The position numbers were made by a program, and so were the translations under genes. From the NCBI GenBank assembly GCA_000934665.2, contig KZ537980.1, positions 1 through 64,000 on the forward strand: 64,000 nucleotides of DNA, read 5' to 3'. The notes under the pieces are model-generated. The model saw only the letters and a list, made by a program, of their open reading frames with translations, had not been told where the DNA came from and did not search any database. Origin of the DNA: Catajapyx aquilonaris (lineage: Eukaryota). Positions within the stretch are counted from its first letter, which is position 1; every line of letters starts with the position of its first letter. Below, one piece after another: positions 1-15,000 of the stretch.

Positions 1-3000
1 TAATAAAATACATACAGTGACGTAAGTGATGCAAGGCAGTTTCGGGATGCAGTGAAACTATAGAACGTTTGACCTAGCAAAAACCGGTACGGTCACAATT
101 GCAAGACTACTCCCCAAACTCAGCGTCAAATGGTCAGCAAGAGTTGTCTCTCGTTTCGGAAAATGACGAGTGGAAGTCGCCCCCCAGGGAGGCAATCACG
201 TGTGGACTAATGAGTGAAGAGGCCGTGGGTCCCGTGTCTTGTCTCCGGCCTGGATGACAGCGAGGCCCAGCAACTTTACGACTGTAACACAGCCCATCAT
301 GCGGCGCAAATTGCACCCGGACGCATTAATTGAAATTAATCAAAACCTTCTCTTCCCTCCTGCTGAGGAGACAAAGGAAAGCTCGGATTTCGGGCCATTC
401 CTCTTATGGTGTGGGGGAACACACGACAAAGGTCCATTGTGCAACACCTTCTCAATTCTGGGCCATATTTTACCGCGACCACATCACAGGTCACGAAAGT
501 GCCGCTCGGGGGCCGGAGCTAATCTAGTTTAGAAAAGTCCGAGTAGAGAGACCTTAGCCTTTTGCTGGATGGGGTGTAATCTGTTCCCCTTTCGCACTCT
601 GGGGTCTTGTCACTAGAAAGTATCGCAGCGCCCACAGGAAATGGGGGGAGGGGGTTGTTCAAGCCTCAGCCACTTTAAAGAGTCATATTGACGGGCCGCT
701 AGATGAATGGGCCAACTTGGAGCGGAGTAACCCTCAACTTGCCACCAAAGACGGAAGACTTTGGTTCCCACCATCTGCTGGCCTGGCAGAAACTCCATCT
801 CGACAGATAACGAAGCAGCCTCACACCCCACTTCATTTATTTTCTTATTCACTTTACCAACCCTTACAATGAGCCTCATCTATTAATATGGCTCTCGGGT
901 AATAATAAGGTGCTGTTGACAATGACAAAACGCTGACATCCTGGTAACTCTACCCGTCGTCATTTGTGCCAACACTATTATCAACACAAGGGGTAGTCTT
1001 GGTGCTCCAATTTTTACCATCGAAGCAGCCCCACACGCGAGGAGTCAATTCACACGTTTTTCACGTCATAACAAGCAACCCACATACTGTCCCGGTATGT
1101 TGCCTCATTCACCTGGTGCTTGATGAAATATAGTAGAGGGGGAGAGAAAATATCATGCAAAATCAATACGCCCCTCTTGTTCAGCGCCGCTTAAGATTAC
1201 AACAGCTGGCAAGTGTGTCGCTGTGTTATGGAACGGAGAGTGACGGCTAGGCTTTTCAGGTCTCCAGGGATATAATGGCAGGGGTTTAATCCCAAAATTA
1301 CGGTCTAACCCGGCTGACCAAAATCAAAGCACGGTGTAGTATACATCAGTATATAGGAATAGCCAACCCCCACCAGGTCCGCTCTGCTTTAATCCCCATA
1401 TCGATGCAAAACAGGGCCAAAATCCTGCGCCAGGTCCGAAAGGTCAAAACACGTCACAGTGCATTTCTGCAACTAATTTCACCGCTCTCTCGCATGCACT
1501 GCCCCAAATCCACGGTCCAACAATAAAGGCAAAGGGGGGATAGGGTAATGGAATAGCTCCAGCAATCACGATCCACAATAGGCGCTGCTGCTGGTTGCTG
1601 GGGAAACAATCCGTACTGTGGACTTGGGAAAATGAATCACTCTGCATAATTGATCAATCCATTATTCTATCATCTCATTCTCATAGCATAGTCTTTGAGA
1701 GAAAGAGAAGCGCCTTTTCCCGACTTTTAGAGAGGCAGCTAATACCTGCTTTCCCTTGTGAAAAACGGAAAAGGGCTTTTGGAGTGGGGATAAGCGCAAA
1801 TGCGACTATATTGTCTGGAAATTTACGCCACTAGATATTTATTTTAGTGCCGCCCCATTAATCAGGTTGTCGATTACGTCTGCTGTTTAGCTCCAGAGGG
1901 GTGCATCCTCATAATCAAATTGACAAATTTTTAACAGTGGGGTGCGTACAACCATTAACAGACCCCCCAGTAGAATTCTGCGATGTCAAGTCCAATTCCG
2001 GACGCTCAATAAAGTTTGTTAATCGCCTAACCGCACAGTGGCTACCACCGTATCAATGAATATGCGGTGCAACTGCTGTGATCCCAAATCCCAATGACAC
2101 CAAATTGGTGAAGGGACTAAGCCCGTCGCCATCCAAAATCCGGAACCGGCTATAACTTTCCGATCGTATTGAATGCCTTCCTAAGTTTCTCAGTTGCGCT
2201 GTAAATTACCGGGTTTATTATCTCAATTAATCATTGAATATCTGTTCGGGAATTCATCCCCACCACTCTAGTTGCAGAGAGCTCCTGGATTAAGCAAGGG
2301 GCATTAAGCGCTCTAATATAATGCAATTGGATATCGTAGAACTGCGTAGATTTATTCCGGACCGGGGAAGTAATCCGAGTCTATATCTACAAATTAATGC
2401 ACTCGGATGCCCCACACCAATCAAGTCGTAACGCGAGCCCTCCCCGTCCAACTAAGGTTACTTAGTTGTGGACGTATTAAATGGGGCCTATGTGCTGTGT
2501 GTACTTGCAACCGGGATGAAGGAAAAGGAAGCCAATTTCCTAACTCGCTCCATTAGAGCAATTGGCATTCATAAGAGGTAGGCGAAACCTCATCAGCGGG
2601 AGAGACTTTTGGGAAGCAGATAGTCGGCCGAATTGAATCCGGGCCACCAAACTGGTGATTGCAGCCAATCCTCCGCAACAGGGTTCCTTCCATTACCACA
2701 CAAGGCGCAAAGGCTGGCCAAAAGGGAGAGACATGCCCCATCCACACAGAGAAGAAGAAAAAAAATAGTACAAAAATGCCTGGCAGCTACTGCTATTCCG
2801 AATTCCTCATCAGGCACGGTAGTCGTCATAAGTTGATTTGCACCGCAGGAAATGAAAGTCACGTCGAAGGGGGAAAATAAGAAGTTGCAGAGCCGAGGGG
2901 GGGTTTACAGACGACAAGAGTCCACTCCCTTAATTAGCTGGGGCCTCTGGTAGCTCGCTTCTGCCTTGGTGCCTCCAGGCACTAGCAGTAAGCAGCACAA

Positions 3001-6000
3001 GCAGACTCCATGCCAAACTACACAATCCACTAATTATTGCTCCGCTTCTCCCCCACTCCCCCTCCCCTCCCCTACCACTCCCCCTAGCAATGTCAAGGCG
3101 GTGGAGGAGGCGGAGAAACGGAGCCTGCTTGCAGCACAGTCCTTTACCCCCCCCTACCCCCAAACTAAGCAAATTCAGATGCAACTGATGCATTAGGAGC
3201 AGGAGAAAGCGCCAGGCACAAACTCTATATTCTTCCTGCTGTTTCTGCGGTTAAGGAAATGCTAACTGCGGTGCTGCTGCAGCTGCAGCGCAATAATTAC
3301 TCAGCCGTCTTTTCAGAATGTAAACCAGGCTCTCCCAAAAGCGCGCCGCCTGGATGGCATTGCTCAGACTTTGCGATTATTCACTGCAATTTATTCCCGT
3401 CATTTGTTCGTGCAAAGCAACACGGATAATGCTTTTTATCCATTATCGCGCTTGCTGCAGCAAAGTGGCCAGAAACTATTCTCGTCAAAATCTAACACGC
3501 ACTTTTCATTCTGGCCCAGGCGTCGTTGGTGCAAGGCATCGGGCCGAACACGAAGTATCCAAGTATGCCGTCGGTGCAGTCTCTCGACACTAATCGCCGG
3601 CCCTTCCATTCAAATCGGAGGGGGAAAAGGCAAATCATATTCCATGCGGGTCCCAACCTTCAAACTCACGATCCATGTAAACTACCGGAAAGAGAAAGGG
3701 GGGAGAGAGTCGTATAATTAACTCCACACTTTGGACCCCCCCCCCCCTCTTCCCCTCCGACCCTTCTCTAAGTGGAAGTTTTTTTAAACGCGAAAAGGAG
3801 CAGTTCAAATACTCTGGCGACTGGAGGAACACAACGTTTCAAACTGGAAGAGAACAGCGGTCCGACAACTGAAGAGCGGAGTAAACACGACTGGCGAAAC
3901 TTTCCGTTTGACAGTTCCAAATCGACCATGAGTTTTAGTAATTGACGAGTCGCTGGAGGGCTCCTATTCACTGCACACACACTGCTGATGTGTATCCTTA
4001 ACCTTACTTGCAATTATCGGACGCATTATTGGTAAGTGTTCGCATTTGCTCCCAATTTCTCCGAGAGGTCGATCCGCAACGACCTACGCTACACCCAGCC
4101 GAGTTGATACCAAAATTTCATAATCAGATCCATCGATTTTAACATTAAAGAAATTGATGAAGGCAGGTTGGTAGTAAATGTGTGCGGCACCTGGATATAA
4201 AAAAGGGGGCTTCGAAGACACCCATCCAATTCCCCCAAACTGCCCATGTTGTTTTCCTTTTTCTTTCCTTTTATCCCCTCTCTACCCTGTTCCCTCCGTC
4301 CCCTTTACGGATTTGTGTATTTTTTTTTCAACGTTAAAGGAAAATGGTATAGATGCAGCCTCTGCACTCAGATCCCGTCCTTTTGTGGCAGAGGAGTGAA
4401 ACGGATTGCTGGCACTCTGTCTGACACGACAAGAAAAATCGGACCAGCTCTCAAGTCGGACCCTAGCCGCAGTCTAGTCAAAAGCCAGCCCTTCCTAGAG
4501 ACCTCTGCTTTTAACTAACCAACTAATGCGCACCGCACGCTACCAAAAAAAAAACCTCATAACTTCACTTTCCAGGACTTAGTCTGAAGTTCCGTCATAG
4601 TCTTCCCTCGGGATGTTTACCCGTGAATATGAACTTGCCCAACCGGGGACCTGTACAGTGCAGGGGCCTCTGCATAATGGACGAGGAATGGCCAATGCAT
4701 GGTTGGCGCAGTCAAAATGAAATCATTTTTGCGGCAGGCCTGCAGAATTAGACTCCTATTGTCCTGTATAATCCCATTTGAAACGCAGTTGCGGATAATA
4801 TTAACCGGTTATTACGTTAGCACGCTTCAGTTAATGTGCCGGTGGGGTCGTTCTTTTTTTTATAGTAAAAACCCGGTTTGTTTTTTAGTCCCCCGCAACG
4901 TGACAGGCTCACCATGCCATCAACTATCGTGACTGGGGAATTTTCATGATCGACGCGTGGTGGCAACATTTCAATGTGAGGGAAGCATACACATACAGGA
5001 AAAAAAATCCGTAAAAATTCCGGGGTGGGAAAATACGCTGTAATTAAATAAAACATTTTTGTACCGTGCCCAGCTCGTGACGTTCGCTGCAGGGTTGTAA
5101 AAACTTTTTCAAAATGAAAACTTAATTAGGCCTACTGTTTGTACTGCAATGTACTAAAAAAACAGGAAGCAACAGTACCGTACAGGGTGACACAACCGCC
5201 AGCCAACAGTCGCGCGACACAGGGTGGCGATGAAATATTCGCGTAATATTATTACTAATTAGTAATTTGCCCATGGAATTCGGTAGGCTGTAAAAAGACG
5301 TGTCGGTATAATCCCCCCAAAATAGCAATAACCTCGTCTCAACGTACAGTATAAGCTGAACTGTAAGGAACAATTCCCGCAGGAAAAGACGAGTAATTAA
5401 TACCGTACTCAAAGAGATTAGGCCTTACAGTATTCAACTCCCGCACCCCTTTTCCTAAGAGCAGTAAATCCTTTGCATCGCCCTTTCCCAGCATATACCC
5501 TGGGCCAACCTCTCCCCACCAAAAAAGTCCGCATGTGAATCTACCTTGTAACCAAGTTTGCGGCTCGCATGGAGAATGGAGAGCCCTGCCCCGTTAACCC
5601 GTTCAATCCATTTTGGTTTTTTGTGTCGACAAGCTTTCCCATTCGGTATATATCTGGGCGCTATTTTGTGTCACCTCGGCGGTGGGTATGCTGCTGCAAC
5701 GATCGACCCCCTTTGCTTTTCCAACTCGAGGATTTTCTTCCTCTTGGTGCAATATCCTCCTCTCGGCAGCAGCAGCAGCACAGAAGAGGGTTCGCATACT
5801 GAGAGAGAGCAAGGCCTCTCCGACTCTCTCTTTCTCCTCCCCAGCGGCCAATAAAATCAAAAAGCTTTCGGCAAGAAGACAGGAAGCTGCCAGAAGCCTG
5901 AGCTGCTCTTTCCCCCTGATTATCACTGTGCCTCAATCTCTGTATGTTTTATCTCCACCACTTCCAGACATTCTTTGAATTGCAGCGAGGAAATCTTCTT

Positions 6001-9000
6001 TTTTTGCAATCCCGGAAAAATCCAGGTCGCAGAGTTCGAAAGGTGCTGAAGACAATTTGTAATAATGCAGCCGAGAAAAGTTGCGCTGTTCAAGTTGGGG
6101 TAATGGCCTGCAATTTCCTGTTTTGAAATTAAATGCTCCAAGTTCTTTAATGACCGGAATCGACAAGTTCCTGGGGGCCCTTGGAGGGCCTGATTTAGGA
6201 GGGGCACGTGGCGGACCCTACTGCAGTAGTGTTGTTTCCAGCTGAAGTCAGCGCGGAGAAATTTTTGTCAAATGCTACCTACAGGCACTAATTGGAAATG
6301 CCAAATGGAAGACTTGCCTTGTTCATTACGAGCCGGAGTTATTATTGGCTCCTTAATCACTTCCCTTTTAAAATTTACTCCCGCTGTTGCATAACCCAAT
6401 CCAAACCTCATTCAAGCTCCTACTCGGAAAATTTGGGGGAAAAATTTCACCCATTAGTCTCTCGTCGCCTTGGAAACGAGATAGACGCCTTATTGCTCCG
6501 GAAACATTATGTAGCACTTTCCCCGATACTTGCTGGCTCTTCTTCTACGGCTCAAAAATTCTTTTGTTATCATAAAAAATAATTGGACCACCTTCCTCCT
6601 CTCTACAACTTTTTATTCTCCGTCTCTCTTGCATTCTTGGAATATAATGTGTTTGTTAGCGTATAAAGCGCGGGTATTAAATAGAGCACATGTCATATCG
6701 TAGTATCGCAAAAAACAAGTTGTTTACCAACAAGCTCTTGATAATTTGTAATTAACCTGCGTCCGGACACATAAATGCATAACAACAATCCATTAGTTAA
6801 TGTACCTACTACACAAATTTTCTGCCCTGCATTAGACTAATATTCATCTCACCATAACCTAATTATTACAGGTACTAAACTACGTATACTGTATGTTTAC
6901 TTAATTACAGCCCATACCTTACCTCGTAATATGCAACACTGAAAAAATTATGAACAATAACAATATTAAAATTCAATTGTTTTATAGTATATATTCACAA
7001 TCAGCAGTTTGTACGTCACAAATTTATTATTCAGAAACAGGAATTATTCTTGCTATGCACACTTTTTACCAGGCAAAATTCACTGTGTACTCACCCTTTT
7101 AAAAAACTTGTTTACATACGGTATACTGCACATTCTCTATATTAGGGGCTTGTCTTGTTCGCGGCTTACTTTACTTATCTAAGCCTACCCTACATGGTTT
7201 TCCAACCCCATATCGATCCATTTATTTCGTTAGTGGCTGTTAGTCAAATTGCAGTTTTTCTAACTGGTGGGATATGCGCGAGACTCACAGCTGCACACAT
7301 CCCATATGCAAAAACTGCTTACTGAGCATAAATGCAATTTTAGTCATCCCCCCCCCCCCTGCCTTGCGTCGCCAGCCTCGGAAACCAATTACGACGTCAC
7401 TTCGGGGATGACTGTAATCAAACCATAAGGCATAAAGCAGCAGAGTGATTCACCCACTCGCTCACTTACACAGCAAATCCATTGAGCGCTTCTCCACGAG
7501 TCAGGGCCTTCAATTTGGCATACGGGGCAGCCAGCCGTTGGTCCAAAACATCCAAATAACCCGGGTCTTTCCGGACTTTAATCCAAAATCCATGCAAAAT
7601 TTAACTCCGAACCAGGCCAGTAAAGCCGGATGGAGCATTATTGCTAGCTCCTATAGAGACTTACAAGTCTGCGGAAACCGACAAGGCCCATCATGATAGA
7701 AGTGATAAACGCGTCTAGTGCAAGGCAGCAGAAGGAGTAATGTAATGTGAATTGAAATATGCCTCTTCAGGCATGCAGATAGAGTTAGCCATGCCTAATG
7801 CAACACTCAGCTATAGTAACACAAGCATACAAGACAGCGATAAGGTTCAGAGCTGTTAAAATGGTTGACACCAGGAAGCTTGCAACGAGCACAATCCTTG
7901 ACACAATCCGACGGTTGTTCCCATAAAGTCGCGCTGCCAACCTCCTCCGGGGTCTCAAATAGCAATTCGACTTGTGCCACGGCAAGATCGTCAATGAGAT
8001 TTACTATATAACAACTTCTGGTTGCAATTTGAACCCCGGCTTGGTATGATTTCCGGGAGGGTTCTACTCTGCGCCTCGAGCTAGGTTTGACGTATCATGT
8101 GAACTCCCGACCAGCTATCTGGAGCTGCATTACTGACACTTGGCTGCAATGCCCCTGGTAATAGCCGACTTAAACCCGAATCAAGAACATCACTCGAAGC
8201 ACTTGCAGACTTCCCAGCACCTCCCCTTTTGAATGGCTCATTCCAATCATTTCCCTTTCTGGCTTTCCCATCCAGCAGCAAACGCGGCGATGTATTCAAA
8301 TGTAATTTCGCTTATAATTTTACCTCCGTCGACACACTTCCGACATGTACGGGTAACAGAGGTACAGCACAATTTCATAACTTAATTGCCAGGTCTATGC
8401 CGCCACTTTCACCTCTAACGAGGTACTATACAGAGGCTATATTATGGGACCTGCGCATGCACGGTGCCAGGTGACCTCCCACACCCAAAATTTTTATGAA
8501 GCTATCAGTACCATCAAATTGTGTCGTAACAATCGCTCTGTCTACCCACATACCCCAGACACACACAAACAGAGACAGATGTCCGCAAAACGGAGTGACA
8601 CGTACTCTCCGCAAAATTCAATCCAAACACTCTCACGAGCTCATTTCCGCTTCTGCATGACAAACCCCCCGGTGCGTAATAAAATATGAGTCGGAATAAT
8701 TTACACGAAGGCCGCGCCACTAGTTTCGAAGAACCACGTCCAGGGAGAAGCGTATAATAAAAACTAAGCATCCCGCTAGGAAATCGTTCCCCAAAGCTCC
8801 ATGCACAAACTTACAAGTTTTTCCAACACACGCACGTTAAGTTTTTTTTATTTAAAAAAAAAAACCTGTGCACTTGCGCTAATATCCTGGCTAAATTTCA
8901 AATTGAACTGATGTTGCACGTCATAAATAAAGCACGCGTTTCACGCTGTCCAATCTCCCGGATTCCTGTGCATAATAAATGCGCTGCACAATACTAGCCC

Positions 9001-12000
9001 GTAACGTAGCGTAACGACAGAATAAAAGTGCACGTAGAGCTTTGCCATCAAACTGGAGCCCTGCATGCATGTCAGCGCGGCTGGACAAGCGAGCAGGTGG
9101 ATAGCTGGCCAGCACACACAGAGATTTCAGCGTCCAGCCACGACACGTAGGAGTTAAGCTTGATTAATTGCCGCTGGCGCATCTCTCAAGTCACAACGTG
9201 GCACACAATTACAGCTCACAACAAGATCCAATTCCCTGCACGCAAATGGCGCATTGTCCTGCGGTATGCCTGCCGTCCCTTTTGTGGAAGCCGACGCTGT
9301 TTTGTCCCCTCATCTCGGCTCTATCTGCATGTACCGTATATACGACCATATGTGCTGCTGCTACTGCATACCCCCAACGTATATTTGCAAAGGGCAACAC
9401 GCCAGGAGCCACTCCCCCAAGTCAGCCAGATCCGACTTTGTATCCTCACCGCCTATATTTGCAGCCGATAATATCGCTCTCTTTTGTCCTTTGCCCAAAA
9501 AACCAGGGAGGGGACGTCCTGCTCATAATATATGGTCGAGTCCTTCAGCCAAAAAAGTTAACTAAATTTTTAACTAAAATGCGACTCTGGCATTATCACT
9601 GTTACAACAATGCCCAAATGTAGTTTGAAGAAATGGTAAAGGCGGCTGGTATCAGGCAACTAATGCTGATGATCAGTATCCCAGGCCCCAGATGGAATAA
9701 CACGGCCCAAATGAATACAAACCACGCAGACTAAAATGCAGGCGTGGGGAAATATTCCAGGAGGAAGGATTTCTGGCGCATATTTTGCTCCAGTCTTGAC
9801 AGCATCCATATACTAGGCACTTACGCAGGGCAACTGGGAAGATGCGCATTGTTCAAGCCTCCCAGCCCCCTCTTTCTTTCCTCCTTAATGACGCCCTGAC
9901 TTGTAGTATTTTTTTCTCTTCTTCCTTCTTCTTCTCCGCAAACCTCCTTCACGTAGCACGCTAATTAAGGCTACAACGCGGCTGCAATCTTTCACTGCCG
10001 ACTAATTTATCGCTCGAGTCCATAATTTCGGTAGATATGTCTGAGATCTCATGACAAGGAACTGCCTTTTTTTAAGAGCCCCAATCTAGGCCCATGTTGG
10101 CTGATAAGAACGTACCTTACGTTTGTCAATGTGCGGGACAGTTTGAGAGCAAGGCGTCTCGGTTTAAGAATAATCGAGACAAGGTATTTTGCAAGCGGTA
10201 CACCGATACTGCTGGATTCAAATTAATTATAATCAAAATTTCATGCCACCAATCTCCATCAAAGTCAAAATTATTTTCGCTCAAAAATAATCAACCCTTC
10301 AGATTACGGCACGCTAGTGTATTCAACATTATTTTGCTTCCAGCCTGTAAATTTAATAAAAGAAATATGAATAAGACATAAATAAACCACATGAAATATG
10401 AAATAAAGCATGAATGTTGCGTCAATGCTAACAGTTCGTTCAACCTGAAGCACACACAGTATAACAAGACACCCCCCCCCCCCTCCAACCATTCTATGTG
10501 TCCAATTACCCGATAGCTTCACATTAGACTCTTACATCCAAATTGGATTTGCTCGTAGCTTCCATTTGAAATGTCTGTAGCAGACATGAAAATACTTTGA
10601 ATCGGTATGCACACTGTGTATAATTGCAGTTACAAAGAGATGTAGTAGACCTGTTACAGGATCATATTGCTTCCGCCCTCCGTTTGGCGCAGTCCTTTTG
10701 TAAGCAGAGGCCTGCACAAAACAGGACACGATGCCATGCTGAAACAATGCCACTGTAGGCCCTACAGTCATTTAGAAATGAATACAACACCGCACATGTT
10801 CTTGCAATTTACATATATCCATTCATCTGTACAGTAGAGACAAACAAGAGTCAATTTGCATATCGGCTCTTTTTTTAAATAACGAAAGGGAGAAAACGGT
10901 TGGGCGGAAGCTGAATAGAAAAAAAAAATGCGAATGATCTAACAAAAGTATTCCCCTTACTCTTCATTAGCATCAATGCAGGCGGTAAAAGCGGAAAGAA
11001 GCGATGTGCCTCTTGGAGTCGAAAATTCTCTGCTCATAAGCACAGTAGTTAAAGGCACAGCGGCATTTAATAGCTTTTGTTTCATTCCGACTTTTATTCC
11101 CCCGGATATCCTGCTCGCCGCAAAATCCAATATCCCAAGCTCCTCTTGCTCGCCAGCAGCAGGACGACACCCCCCCCCCCCCCCCCCCCCCNCTTCCCCT
11201 AAAATCCGGCACATTCCAGCATTCTTCCCACTGCTCTCCGTGTATATTGACAGTCTCGAATTTTCCTTACTTAGCCTATACTCCGTGTGATATTAAACGT
11301 CAAAGGCGGGATTCTTCCGCAAAAATATTGGAGTACTTGGACGAATCCAATTTTGCAGCAGCAGTTACCAGATTCCATTTTCGGTCTGTCGTACAAGAAA
11401 TGCTTCAACGTGTGCTCGCCCCCCCACCCCACCCTCCCTCCACAAAAATCTGTCCAGATTTACGCCACTTGGCAACAATGTCGACGCTGATTCCAACCAT
11501 ACCCGCTGCATGTGAATAGTCGCCTCGGACGTCTCCCAAACTAAGGAAGGCACTCCCCAAGTTAGGTCCGCTTTAAGAGTCTCTCAGCTCGTGCCAGTCA
11601 TCATCCACAAAGTCCTCCAAAACTCGGGAATGAACCCCTCCCCCCCTTCTTTCCCTCAACATGGGGAGTCTGCGACGAACGTCGATCAGGTCCCCCATTG
11701 TTGCGTCGGATATGGTGAATAGGCTCGACTTGCTACCCTCCACGATGGATTGGGAACGTGGAAGTGGGGAGGGAAGTGGAGGACACCTTTTCTTCGGGAC
11801 CACACCAGAAAGGACTTTGCCAGGGATCTCTCCCCCACCAGCCCCCTTCATACAACGAGGCTCTTCACAACATATTGAGGGAGGGAGTTGGGGAGAAAAG
11901 ACGACAACAAGAGACGGAGGAAAAAAAAAAAAAAGTTCGTCTGCATTCCTAACCAATACTTGGAGAGTGATTCTTATTGCGTTCCAGGTAGGCCCCTAAC

Positions 12001-15000
12001 AAGAAGATTGGCATCTACACACTATAAATGCAAAGCAGGCAAGCGGAAATCCGCCTATTTAAACAGCTAAAGATGGTATATTATGGTATACCTAAAAAGA
12101 TGCAAAAGTGGCCAAGGAACTGTTTGTGAAATAAATAAATAAGCAAATATGTGAATACATTATGGCTGAGCTTATCTTCGTGTGACTTAAAGGGGTTGGC
12201 ATCAAATATTTCCAGGTGAGCTGTCGAAATGTGTGGCCTTCTGTGTCTCTATAACATCGGAAAAGTGACACTAATGGACAAACAAGATCCATTTATCGGG
12301 CCAATATGGAGCAGGGGACAAAAAAACAACTAAGGGAGCCGTCCTCCGCCACTCCACACTCCCTTTTCAGCGGCCTGACATTATCGGTCCCTTTTAGGTA
12401 CAGTGACCAAGAGCAGGAAAATTAGCAGGCTAATTTCGAACGAGAAGTAGAGATGACAGTCTGCTGCTGCCGTAGCGCAGTATGGCTGACGCTAAAATGT
12501 TGGACACGGAAATGCTATGCCAATAAACAGATGTGCTCAATATCGAAGCTCAGGCACACATACAAAATTTTACATTTTAAAAACTTTTTCTGGCATGCTG
12601 ACTGCTACACAGATTAACGGCTAGGACTATCAAAACTGCATTAAAATTAAATTGATCAAACAATTACATGCAAGTTGCTTTACGACGCCTAGGACTGTGC
12701 CGTAGGGATATTCCGCACGTACTGTACGGCACTCGAGAGACGTTTGCAATCACAATGTGCCACTAATTACTGTATGAGGCCAGCAGTGGTGGCAAAGCAG
12801 TGAGATCCATGCATATTCCCGGTTGCGATGGGCAACAGTGACATTCCAGTGAATTAGCAAATAAAGATGCTTTCCGAACTAAGCATATGGCACCGATTGG
12901 TCCCCCGCACCTCTCTCAATGCGGGGACCACAAAACAAAATTGATTTTCGTAGCTTTGTGTTCAATGCAATTAAAAGTCCACCTGTGGGAAGAATGGCAT
13001 TGAATTGCCAAACAATGGTTTCAGCCCGTGGCATAGTCTCCTTTGTTTCAGAATCCGCCTGCCTGCACTATTCATTCCCTTGTTTGCAAAATGCAGTGTG
13101 GGTACACTCGCGACTGCTGACTACACCATTTGTCAATTTATCCCAAAGGGCCCCAGCACCGCACTTGCAACGACTAACTAATCAATCGCAGCCGAAATTT
13201 TCCCGCTCGAATAAATCACCGCGCGCATCCCTCCCAAAACGAAGTGACACCCTGTGACTCTTACAGGCCAACGATTTTTTATATATAATATTATATATCA
13301 AGGGGAGTATTCCAGGGAGGTCATTTCGACATGGACGAAAATCGATGTTGCTGGCAAGTCGCCCAAAGGTGCTCACTAATTTCGAACACGTATTCACTCC
13401 CCCACCTCTCCCTGCTTCCCCTCTTCCATATAGTTTCATCGCAAGGCAACGTCCGAAGCAAAGTCTAGCGTCCTGTTTTTTTTCCAACTTCCACCCATTG
13501 ATTTTTCTCTCTCACACACAGCCAATTCACAGCCAGTGAATACATACACAGTGTGTATATCAGCACAAAGGCATAAACCCATTCGTCATTTTTACAGCGC
13601 TCTTTTCATGCTCTGCGGGATTAACCCAACGCTGTTTCCTTTCCCCCTGCCATGAAAATGTACAACCGACACACACAATCGCATGGTGCCCGTAATTAGA
13701 ATCAGTTTTCCCCGATTTGATACCCACTCCTGTAATTCCATTCGCAGGGATACACGATGCGAGAATTATTTCATTACGCACCGATCATTATAACTCTGCG
13801 GTTTGGAGACTCCCAAGCAATGGCGCTCAAATTAAGCGGCGATGACAATGACACGCTGATGTTTCGATATTGATTCCGAAAAGCACCAGTAATATTGTTT
13901 GCATTAGGTCCATCCCTGCTATAAAAGCGGGGGGGGGGGGGGGGGTCAGCATAGAGATGGTACCGGCAGCCGAGTGCCTGATTGGACCCTGGGTGTCGCA
14001 CATAACAGCCGGCTGGCTCCGGTTGTCCTTCCGGAACTAACTAACGTGCTCGGCAACGCGTAACAGGCCTGAAAATAGCCCACGTCCATTCACCGGGACC
14101 CTGTGTTTCCTATGGGTTTGTCCAGCCCCTATATGTACGGCAGCTGAAGATATCTCTACGTGTCTGCACCTCGTTACACTTGCTCCGACGTTTTAGTAAT
14201 TAGGCTATCCCGCAGGCTGCTGCCGGTCCCCCCCAGTAATTAAATAAAGTTAAGGTCGAGCCTAACACGCAGGCCCCACCTTTTGTGAATGATTTGCCGC
14301 GGGGATCTATACGCAGATCAAATACGTGACGGGTTTGCATGGACACAGCCCAAAAGTGGAGAGGGTTCCGGCCAAAATCGGACCCCCCTAGTACTATTAC
14401 GAGCACGAAAAAAGGGGAAAAAATAGAGGGGGGGTTATAGGGCGGGGCTGGTTCCTTCGTCCTGTCATTTGCAGCCGGAACGTGAATGTGTCGTAATGAA
14501 ATCAAATCCAACAATGCTGGCCTGGAGCTCTTTTTTTATATTCCATACTATACTCTGAACTGTCCCTCAGTTTCGGGTGTCATTACAACCAACAAGCTTC
14601 TAATTAATAGGTCGGGTTGCTGCCACTCTGGATGGGGAATGATGGGTAAATATTGGAATAAGGCAAAGCGCCTGAAACACTCCAAATTCAATTATTGGAA
14701 TGCCCGACCGGATTTTTTTTTTTCATGTTATCAATATGGCAACACTAACATAACTAGGACAGTACAAATGCATTTCTGAGTAGCTCCATCAGGGAATGTT
14801 GCGTTTTGGTTATGAGGAGCGTTGGAATTTCTTGGGCCGAGAAAAGCATATCTTTAGTATGCTTTAGTACGGAAATAAACATCTTTACGACGTGCTCGAC
14901 TTCCACTTCTGGCCTCCGTCCTTGCTTATACAAGATCCAAAGACTTTATGATTATTATGCAAATTTTCTCTTCCACGCGAGGCCTTATGTCCCAACAAGT

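Noticed and set aside
613..879. Minus-strand ORF containing ...FRLWW..., reminiscent of the GH38 SFLSLWW motif
   Set aside because: The surrounding residues do not match FIWSE.SF, and the preceding HSHNDPGW exon is absent.
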